A DNA stretch of 64,000 nt, from the NCBI RefSeq assembly GCF_000143415.4, contig NW_003314451.1, positions 37,323 through 101,322 on the forward strand, read 5' to 3'. The notes under the pieces were generated by a model. The model saw only the letters and a program-made list of their open reading frames with translations. It did not search any database and was not told the DNA's origin. The position numbers were made by a program, and so were the translations under genes. Below, one piece after another: positions 34,071 to 44,184 of this stretch (position 1 is the first letter of the stretch; each line of letters begins with the position of its first letter). This DNA comes from Selaginella moellendorffii (lineage: Eukaryota > Plantae > Lycopodiophyta).

Positions 34071-36384
34071 CTTAATTGCGGTTTCTCTGCTAACGTTTGA
34101 GACACATTGCCACGATCAATCTCATTGTTTCACTTGCGCTTACAGATCTATTTCAAGCTCTTGATCCTTGACCAGACGTGTTCTCTACCTTTCTTTTATC
34201 TATGATATTTGGATTAAAAGCTTTGGTTGTGAAACATCTTTCCATTCTATTACCACCTGCTTTCTAGTGCACCAGTAGTTCCACATCATATGCTCCAACG
34301 AGTGAGCATTCGTGCAGCCTTCTCCCCTCTATCACAAACCCGCTGCTGCAATCCTCTAATCGGGAGCCTCTGACAAAGTACCATCTCTACTGCAGAAGTG
34401 CTCTTCGGACTGGACGTCAACGATAAGCTCCCGACCTGGAACCGGCATACCAGGTGCCAGATTTTATACCAGGGTCTCAACAAGGAGAGTCATGGGTGAT
34501 GCAGCACACTTTGGACAAGCATGTTGCTGTCCCGCTGGGAAAGTCCCACCGGTGAGCAAATTGAGCAACAGAAAGATTACATTGACAAGACAAACAGTTC
34601 TTGGCCAGTGTTGTGCAGCTGATGTCCAAGTAGATGGAACCGACTCACTCGATACAGCCATGCAGTTCTCAAACAAGCTGAAAAATTAGCTGCTGATGGA
34701 TCTGGAAGAGGAATTCAAAGGAGGGGCACGATAATTCGTGGCTATATGTTTCTTACTTAAAGATCCTTATCGACCAGTATTTTGATTCCTCAGAGGAGTT
34801 TGCTTCCCTGGGAGAGCTGCAGAAGCACACATGCTATTTTCTTGTAAACCATAATGAGGATAGAAAAACTACGTAGATATCAAACTTGAACACCAATTTT
34901 AAGGTTTAATTCTTGCTGAAACTCTAGTCCCTAATAGTAAGTTTTCTCTGAAGCATGATTAAGAAATGATAAAAAAAAGTACTTGAAATCACTCTAAAAC
35001 TACTTTATTGATAATCACTTCAGATTTTTTGTATCCCGTTATCATTATTTTACAATAATTTAAACATCAGTTTGTATTGGTGATAAGTAAAAATAATAAC
35101 ATTAAACTTTGATTATAAATTGAATTAGTGAAAATTTAAAAGTAGAAAATCATGACTATTGGATTGAGGAAACTATAGCTATATTATTTACACCTCTCCT
35201 ACTACAAGTTTTCTAAAGAATAAAAAGTACTTAGAGGTTTTTGGTGTAGTATTGGATATACCTAAAATATTCTTAGATATTCTGGTATATTTTACTATTT
35301 AACAAATTAGCCTTTAATTTATAAACCTTTTCAAGTTAGTAAATACCCTTTACCTTTACCCTTTGAGCAAACACCTCCATACATATTCTAGCAGTGAATC
35401 AAAATTTGAAGTTAGAATAAAAGGATTATATATTATAGTAAAAATAAGTAAATTATTTTTACTTACTTACTTAAAAAAGTTAATATGTAATTTAATATTT
35501 TCTTATGGAGTTTTTTGCTTCATGTAGAGCCAAAAATGTCAAAACAAATGAAGTTGGATATATTGTGGCTAACACTTTATCAAAGTTTTTCAAGACTTAT
35601 GCATATATTTGCCCCAACCATTTTTTACGCTTTTCGATTGGTACAATGTTAGGAAATATCACTTCTTCCACTTATAATTGCATGTGCTTCAGTTCTATAT
35701 CATAAAATTTTTAATCAATTAGAAAAAGGTGTGCACTGTTGTTCATGGGTGTTTTCCTCTATACTTGAATTTGTATAAATCATCTCTTTAGTTATTTTCT
35801 TTAATTATTTACAGATATAAAAAGTATAAATATGATGCTATATACTAATATTATCATAATGAGATTTGATTTTAAATTCAAACCATTTCCTATTTTCTCT
35901 CTATATAAACTATGTTTATTTAGTATGGCTTAACTTGAAAATATCATAATTTATATTATAATACTAATAATACTAATTTTCTTACCATTCAATATAAAAA
36001 ATAAATCTAAAGTCTATTGTGATTTAGAAGAGTTTATTTTTCCTATTTCTTTCATGTAATATTTCAATATAAAAAAAATTAAAATTAATTTATACTAATT
36101 AAATTTTTAAAATAATAATTTTAAAAATGCCAAAAAAATTTATATATTAGATATATGGTAACTGTATTAAAAATTTAAATTTTAAATTATCTTTTATTTT
36201 ATTATAAATTAGAAGTTATAACATTTAGCTATTTTTATTAATATTTATTTTAATTTTAATTTTTTTGTGTAAGTTAATAGTGTAGTCAAATATAAATCTA
36301 AATTAAAAGTCATCTTAGTTTTGTAGTATTTTATATATAAAAGGTTTTAAAACTCTTTTTATCACACTCTTATTAGTTATAGAT

Positions 36385-37251
36385 ATGAAGTATTTTTATA
36401 TTTTATTCTTTTTTACATTTTGTATTAACATACAGATAATTTTTGCTCCAAAGAAGTTTCCTCCAACATTTGGAAGATTAAATATTTTAAATCAGCATGA
36501 TATTAAAACAATTATTGGAGCTATTTATGGTTTAATATTTACAATTGATCGTGCAAAAAATGATTATATTGTTCAAACATTTAGTGAACAAACTGAAGTG
36601 ATTACATCACAAGGAATTGTTGATTTAATAATTAAAGTTAAGCCAAATTGTGATGGTGACGGTACTGAAACTATTAAAGGTGAGTATTTAATAGAAGGTT
36701 TTAATAGAATTGTGAGTAGTACTGTTACTAGTATTTCTGAAAATCTTTCAGACTTTTTTCAAAAAGAAACCAATAAATTTTCTATACAGTATAAACTTAG
36801 AGAAAGGTCTGAACTTTTATTAGAAAAAAGACATGAAAAATATCATACTTTATTTTTATTTTGTCGTCTTGAAAGTAGCAATTTATATTCTGGTTTTAAA
36901 ATCTATAGAGATCAATTTTTAAGATCACCAAATAATAAGAATAGTTTGTTATTGGATTCAAGATGTAACCTTATCTTATATTCAAAAAATTTTAAAATTT
37001 GGGAATCTGAAACATCAAGAAATACTTATAAAAATTGCTTTTTATTATTAATGTTAAATGGTAATTTGGTTTTGTTTTATGATGAAGAAATTATATGGGA
37101 TACTAAAAGTTTTTGTAAGGAAAGTCACTGTACTTTGATATCAGTGTTCACTATTCAAAATGATTGTAATTTAGTAATTTATAATGCAAAATATCCTAAT
37201 ACTGTATTATGGTCGTCAAAAACCTCACATCATAAGTTCTGTTATATTTAA
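36385..37251 (+). CDS. Secreted two-domain protein A: unknown N-domain plus bulb-type (GNA-like) mannose-binding lectin
   Basis: Hydrophobic signal peptide and three B-lectin subdomains (LLLDSRCNLILY..IWES, LMLNGNLVLFY..IWDT, IQNDCNLVIY..VLWSS). TATA lies ~50 nt upstream, and the ORF is preserved in two copies. Confidence 0.85.
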   Translation: MKYFYILFFFTFCINIQIIFAPKKFPPTFGRLNILNQHDIKTIIGAIYGLIFTIDRAKNDYIVQTFSEQTEVITSQGIVDLIIKVKPNCDGDGTETIKGEYLIEGFNRIVSSTVTSISENLSDFFQKETNKFSIQYKLRERSELLLEKRHEKYHTLFLFCRLESSNLYSGFKIYRDQFLRSPNNKNSLLLDSRCNLILYSKNFKIWESETSRNTYKNCFLLLMLNGNLVLFYDEEIIWDTKSFCKESHCTLISVFTIQNDCNLVIYNAKYPNTVLWSSKTSHHKFCYI

Positions 37252-37504
37252 TTATTAAAAAGCATTATCGTTCTAGGTTTACTTAATAAAATTTAGTAAT
37301 TTTAGCTAAATAATAATAACCTATCATTTGTGATCTCCTCTAACAATTATTCAAGTAGTGGTGGAGTTGCTATTATTCTTTTAGATGTATGTAAATGTAT
37401 ATTTTTTTAAAATACCTGTTGCTCCTACTAATAATAATATAAAGTTTCTTAATGTTAACTGTTAAAAATAATTGATAGTTTAATTCCATATACACATCTT
37501 CTAA

Positions 37505-37916
37505 TCAAGCAAAGTTAGTAGAACCAGCAAAAGGAGCAGCAAGCCTGGACAACAATCCGCTGTTGGCAGCATCACTGTTGCTGCTGGAAGACAATGATGA
37601 TCCTTGGTTACTACACGAGCTCAAATTCTTGGTGGAAACGTTCCTTGGCACGTCGACAGTGAGGCACAGATCTACATTCCCACGAAGATCCAAGTTCTCG
37701 CCTAAGATGAAATCTCTTTGGAAAGGCACTGGCCCGGAGAGAAGATTGTTGCTGAGATTGAGATGATAGATGTTGGAGAGCATACCGCAGAAAGCTCAAA
37801 TCCTCACGAGCTCCGGCGATCACACTTGCATCTTGTAGGACGTGGAGGCACAGAAACACCTAGCGCAGTTTGGTTCTGAGTCGTCCTCGGGTACACGTCT
37901 GATGTCATGAGGTGAG
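37505..37916 (-). pseudogene. 3' fragment of an LRR receptor-like protein (TMM/PII-2/RLP29-like tail)
   Basis: IYHLNLSNNLLSGPVPF..F..GENLDLRGNVDLC, with no upstream LRRs. Confidence 0.7.
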
Positions 37917-38601
37917 ACTGACTACGAGAGATGCTTTCTACCAGATTCAAGCACACGAGTTTGTGGCAAACCGCAAATCATTCGAACTAGATGGCGTCAA
38001 GAACTCCTGCAACTGAGCACACGCTCGTCCTCATCGACATCTGTGGCTGCGACATGGAAGAGTCAAAGGACGAGACTGAGAGCTCTTTCAACGAAGGCGA
38101 AGCCCGCATTGCTATTGCTCACGCCCAAAAACTCGTGGAAAGTGGAGTTAAGGCTATTGACATCGGAATAGTCACACCGTATGCGGCCCAGGTATCTATA
38201 TATTGTTTCAGGGTTTGTGTTGTCTCTAAGTTTCACGCAATGCAGGTGAATGTTCTGAGGCGCATGAGAAATGAGGAACAGCGTTTACTGGAAGTGGAAA
38301 TCAGCACTATTGACGGTTTTCAAGGCCGGGAGAAGGAAGCAATGATAATTTCCATGGTTCGCTCCAACGATAAAAAGGAGGTGTGGTTTTCTTGTTGAGG
38401 TAGCAGTGAGACTAAAAGCTTTTGCTTTAGGTTGGGTTCTTGAGTGACAAGCGGAGGATGAACGTTGCAGTTACAAGAGCAAAAAGGCAATGCTGTGTCA
38501 TATGTGATTCGGACACTGTGGGAAAAGATTCATTTCTCAAGCGGCTTTTGGATTATTTTGAGAAGCATGGAGAATATTGTTATGGTCTTTATTATCAATG
38601 A
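37917..38601 (+). pseudogene. Duplicated 3' half of the helicase gene
   Basis: Near-identical to 33385-34070 including introns, with a 2-nt deletion at ~38000. Confidence 0.92.
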
Positions 38602-40149
38602 CTTAATTGCGGTTTCTCTGCTAATGTTTGAGACACATTGCCACGATCAATCTCATTGTTTCACTTGCGCTTACGGATCTATTTCAAGCTCTTGATCCTT
38701 GACCAGACGTGTCTCTACCTTTCTTTTATCAAATGATATTTGGATTAAAAGCTTTGGTTGTGAAACATTTTCCCACCTCTGGTTCTTACACCTGTGGAAT
38801 AAAGTACCACCTGCTTTTAGTGCAGCAGTAGTTCCACAGGTGATCATTCTGACCTTGACATGTTCCAACGAGTAAGCATTCGTGCAGCCTTCTCCCCTCT
38901 ATCACAAACCCGCTGCTGCAATCCTCTGGTTCATAATCGGGAGCCTCTGACAAAGTACCATCTCTACTGCAAGGAGGTGAACCCGGTAGTGATCTTCGGA
39001 CCGGACGTCTACGATAAGACGACGTCTCGACCTGGAACCAGCATACCAGGTACCACACAGGAAGTCACCACCTCCTGATCGATCTCGGACACGTGAACAA
39101 ACGAAAATTCCACACCACCTCTCGCTTTGCGCAATCTGCATGAAGGAAACAGAGACAGTAACACACGTCCTGAAAGCTTGCCCTGCATACACAGAATTCC
39201 GCACGCCTGACATCGACTGGAACGCGGAGACACACTCCTTGCAGATAAGACTCGCATGGAGCTACGACGCCAAATACATATTTCACATAGGTCTCGAACA
39301 GCCACGGAAGAGAAGACGAGCAGACATGGCAAGTGACTCAAAAAAAACATATAGATAGATAGATAGATAGATGGAGATCCATGCTGAATTTACCTTCGTA
39401 ACTCCACTCTGTCATCCAACACGGTTGCTACAAGAAATGAGCATTGATTTCAGTTCAGCCATCCGCTCAAGGTGGCAAGATTTTTAAAATCCTGGCTATT
39501 TTCCTGATCAGATCCTACAGTGAAAGCTCTCACCAGTTCCTCTCGGACACTTCTGTTAGTGGCTCAATCTCCCATCTGAGACTTTTGTGTCCAGCGGTGG
39601 ATTTAAATGTCGAACAATTCGTCTTGCTTCAGTAAGTTCTCACCGAGTTTGACCACCTTATCAATTCATTAAAGATTTTATAGCTGCGCTATGCAGAAAC
39701 TCATGGTTTGGATTTTATACCAGGGTCTCCAAGGAGAGTCATGGGTGATGCAGCGCACTTTGGACAAGCATGTTGCTGTCCCACTGGGAAAGTCCCAGTG
39801 GTGAGCAAATTGAGCAATAGAAAGATTATATTGATAAGACAAACAGTTCTTGGCCAGTGTTGTGCAGCTGATGTCTAAGTAGATGGAACCAACTCACTCG
39901 ATACAGCCATGCAATTCTCAAACAAGTTGAAAAATTAGCTGTTGATGGATTTGGAATTCAAAGGAGGGGCACAGTAATTTGTGGTTATATGTTTCTTACT
40001 TAAAAGGGATAGTCTAAAGTTGAGTAACTTTGCATAAACCAACTCAAGCCAACAAGTCTTGGTGGGGAAAAAAAAAAGGATATTAGGGAAAGGTGTTCCT
40101 TATATCTTCCTCATGCCTCGGCCCTAGTGGTATAGCTTGTCTCTTAGGA

Positions 40150-42300
40150 CCTTCTAATGTCACTATCAAATGGTGATATACTTAAAAGTTAGATTAAAGA
40201 ACAGTTCCAATACCAAATTGTAAGCAATTAATTTTTCATTCTACTTTAATCACTTAACCACACCTTTGACCATTTGGAGGAGTCTCACTCACAACTTCCA
40301 TAAATTTTATTTAGGACTTGGGGATGTACTAGCTTTGTAATATTTTTGGTCACTACACTAGGGGATTGTTCTTCTTCTTTTCCATAATCTAAGACTTTGG
40401 GACAACATTTTGAAACACTGTGGCCCTACATGAATTTTGTATATACTCTCATCACCTTCTACTTTTAGGTGCCCTAGCCATATGGCTAGAGCGAGGTTTT
40501 GATGAACTACACTAAATATCCAAGTAAGTAGTGCCACCCACACTTGGATTAGGAACATTAACCATTTGATCTTCTAGGGGAGCTAGAGTTAGTTTTTGAA
40601 CACTTCGCTAAGCTACCTTGTTTATCTGTCCATATTTACTCTAGCCTTGAACTCCTTAGTGATTATATTATCACGCAATGCATGGGTATGGCCTTCCTTG
40701 GTCACATTGGTCTTTCCTGGCTAAATTCGAATCCTCCCCTTACTATACTTTTAGAGCTCACCAAACCTTCTATGGTGTGAGAGATGAATGCTTTGGACTT
40801 TCACTCTCGAACTTGGACTTGGACTCGAACTTAGACTCGGTCTTGGACTTAGACTCAAACTCAATCTCGGTCTCAATCTTGGCCTTAGTCTTGGTCTCAG
40901 TTTTAACTTCGGACTCTATCTCAAATCTATCTTGGACTCGACTTTGGACTCCATTTTGGGTCCATCTAGGATTCCATCTTGGGTCCATCTTGACTCCATC
41001 TTGGACTTCTTCTCAAACTCTGTTTCAGACTCCATTTTGAACTCTTTCTTAAACTCCATCTTGGACTTCTTCTCAAACTCTGTTTCAGACTCCATTTTGA
41101 ACTCTTTCTTAAACTCCATCTCGGACTCTGTCTTGGGTCCATCTTAAACTCTTTCTCAGACTCCATCTCAAACTCTTTTTCAGACCCTATCTCGACACTT
41201 CCATGTGTCATGTGTTGGTCTTATTGTGTTTTTTTTCTAGAGACTCACTTATTGTTTACTTCGTGCTCGTTCCTCGAGCACTTTATTAGGAGTTCCACTC
41301 CCACTCTCAACTATCTATGTCAGAGATTTTAGTTTAATGTGTTACACTCATTTAGCTTCTGCTTTCGCCACTACTATGTGGCATTCTTTTGGCTCCACTT
41401 TGGGGCTTAGGGATTTATATCTCACAATAGTCTAAAGTTTCTTATGGACACCTCTTCTTTATTAAAGGTTTCTCTTGAGAGTATGACCTTTTTATTTGAG
41501 GTTGTATTCATACCAAACTTAGGCTAGATACACACTATTTTCTCTTAAAGTTGATAATCTTCTTTTATTGCCAAGCATTTGGCATTGTAAAGGAGTTTTC
41601 ACTCAATTCATTGGCCAGCTTTGGTGGCAATATGTCCACCCTCCTATATTCTCTTGTTTACTAACATGTGGACACTTTTGGGCTTCTATATATACCATAG
41701 ATGCTTCAACTCACAAAGGAGAGTTTTTTGCCTATGCTTTTTGCACTAACTATTCATATTCATCTCTTGACTAGATTTCTTGGGAGATCACTCTATTCAA
41801 ACCTAAGAATGTCTAACCCAAAATATTCAAATACCTTTAATTGATTGAAAAAAATGGTGCACTTTTGTTCATAGCCATTTCCCTTTATATTTAAACCCTT
41901 ATAAATTATTTTTTGAGTTGTTTTTTTTGGTTGTTTACAATCCACTACACTTCTTTATAAATTCACACCCTTATGAATGGAAGTTAAGAACTGTAGCTCT
42001 CTCTCGAGCCTCATAGTTAGAATAAATTGGACCATCATATTTCAACATATAATATTAACCAACTAACAAAGTCAGACCTAAGACCACTCTAATACCAAAT
42101 ATAAAAATTTTGAATTTGAACTTCTCAAAAGTTACTTAATCCAACATTATTTAAACTAACACTATCCAAACCAAATGATGTTTAACCCTAAGTATCTTAA
42201 GACCTTTAATCAAATCGAAAAAGGGTGCACTATTGTTTATGGGTGTTTTCTTTTATACTTAGATTCATATGAATTATCTCTTAAGCCATTTTCTTTATTT
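40150..42300 (-). mobile_element. Highly decayed Gypsy-type pol remnants (RNase H end, integrase)
   Basis: GGHIATK-like integrase zinc-region motif at ~41620-41640. RNase H-end-like segments recur at ~35700-35800, ~41850 and ~42220. Confidence 0.5.
40800..41190. repeat. Low-complexity 6/12-bp periodic repeat containing an exact 60-bp tandem duplication
   Basis: CTCCATCTTGGACTTCTTCTCAAACTCTGTTTCAGACTCCATTTTGAACTCTTTCTTAAA at 40994 and 41054. Confidence 0.85.
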
Positions 42301-42893
42301 TCTTACAAATATAAAGAGTATAGATATGATACTATATACTAATATTAGCATAATGAGATTTTAATTTTAAATTCAAACCACTCCTTCTTCTCTCTTATAT
42401 ATAATCTATGTTTATTTAGTATGGCTTAACTTGAAAATATCATATTCTATATTATATGATAATACTAATAATACCATATTTTCTTACCATTCAATATAAA
42501 ATAAATCTAAAGTCTATTGTGATTTAGAAGAGCTTATTTTATTATTTATGTAATATAATATTTCATTATAAACAAAATAATAATAATTCATATTATATTT
42601 AGTTAATTTTTTTATAATGATCATTTTTAAAATGCTAAGAACAAAAATTATATATTATATATATATATATATGAAATGTAATACATATTTAAATTTCGAA
42701 CTATATTTTTATTTTATTATAAATTAGAAGTTATAACATTTAGCTATTTTTATTGATATTTGTTTTATTTTTATTTTTTGTGTAAGATAATAGTGTAGTC
42801 AAATGAAAATCTAAATTTAAAGTCATCTTAGTTTTTTAGTTTTTTATATATAAAAGGTTTTACAACTCTCTGTTTTTCATATTATTTATAGAT

Positions 42894-43760
42894 ATGAAGT
42901 ATTTTTTTATTTTATTCTTTTTTACATTTTTAATTAACATACAGATAAGTTTTGCTCCAAAAAAGTTTCCTCCAACATTTGGAAGAATAAATATTTTAAA
43001 CCAGGATGATATTACAAAAATTATTAAAACTATTCATGGTTTAATCTTTACAATTGATCATGCAAAAAATAATTATATTGTTCAAACATTTAGCGAACAA
43101 GCTGAAGTGATTACATCACAAGGAATTGTTGATTTAATAATTAAAGCTAAGCCAAAATGTGATGGTGACGGTACTGAAACTATTAAAGGTATGAATTTAA
43201 TACTAGGTTTTGAAAGAATTGTGAGTAGTACTGTTGCTATTATTTCTGAAAAACATTCAGACTTTTTTCAAAAAGAGACTGATAGATTTTCTATACAGTA
43301 TAAACTTAGAGAAAGGTCTGAACTTTTATTAGAAAAAAGACATGAAAAATATCATACTTTATTTTTAGATTGTCGTCTTGAAAGTAGCAATTTATATTCT
43401 GGTTTTAAAATCTATAGAGATCAATTTTTAAGATCACCAAATAATAAGAATAGTTTGTTATTGGATTCAAGATGTAACCTTATCTTATATTCAAAAAATT
43501 TTAAAATTTGGGAATCGGAAACATCAAGAAATACATATAACAATTGCTTTTTATTATTAATGTTAAACAGTAATTTGGTTTTGTTTTATGGTGAAGAAAT
43601 TATATGGGATACTAAAAGTTTTTGTAAGGAAAGTCATTGTACTTTGATATCAGTTTTTACTATTCAAAATGATTGTAATTTAGTAATTTATAATGCAAAA
43701 TATCCTAATATTGTTTTATGGTCATCTAAAACTTCACATCATAAGTTTTGTTATATTTAA
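42894..43760 (+). CDS. Secreted two-domain protein B: unknown N-domain plus bulb-type lectin (paralog of 36385-37251)
   Basis: Same 288-aa length with no indels, about 30 substitutions, and QNDCNLVIY retained. Confidence 0.85.
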   Translation: MKYFFILFFFTFLINIQISFAPKKFPPTFGRINILNQDDITKIIKTIHGLIFTIDHAKNNYIVQTFSEQAEVITSQGIVDLIIKAKPKCDGDGTETIKGMNLILGFERIVSSTVAIISEKHSDFFQKETDRFSIQYKLRERSELLLEKRHEKYHTLFLDCRLESSNLYSGFKIYRDQFLRSPNNKNSLLLDSRCNLILYSKNFKIWESETSRNTYNNCFLLLMLNSNLVLFYGEEIIWDTKSFCKESHCTLISVFTIQNDCNLVIYNAKYPNIVLWSSKTSHHKFCYI

Positions 43761-44184
43761 GTAAAAAGCCTTATGGTTTGAATATTTACTTATTATATTA
43801 AATAAAATTTAGCTAAATAATAATAACCTATCATTTGTGATCTGCTTTGAAGTAGTGGTGGAGTTGCTATTATTCTTTTAGATGTATGTAAATGTATACT
43901 TTTTTCAAATACCTGTTGCTCCTACTAATAATAATATAAAAGTTTCTTAATGTTAACTGTTAAAAATATTTGATAGATTAATTTCATATACATATGTTCT
44001 AATCAAGCAAAGCTAGTAGAAGCACCAACAAAAAGAGCAGCAAGGATCTCTACTTAGATAACAATCCACTGTTGGCAGCATCACTATTGTTGCTGGAAGA
44101 CAATAATGATCCTTGGTTACTACACAAGCTCAAATTCTTGGTGGAAACATTCCTTGGCACTTTGATAGTGAGGCACAGATATAC

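Noticed and set aside
35284-35302. 19-nt match GGTATATTTTACTATTTAA shared with 59622-59640
   Set aside because: Short and very AT-rich, and I could not extend it into a definable element.
37905-37945. New AG|GTGAG donor creating a chimeric spliced gene with the duplicated helicase exons
   Set aside because: The implied intron is only ~33 nt, there is no credible upstream ORF, and the next exon is frameshifted.
40678-41211. E/S/K-rich and L/D/S-rich ORFs
   Set aside because: They arise from a periodic low-complexity repeat within decayed retroelement DNA.
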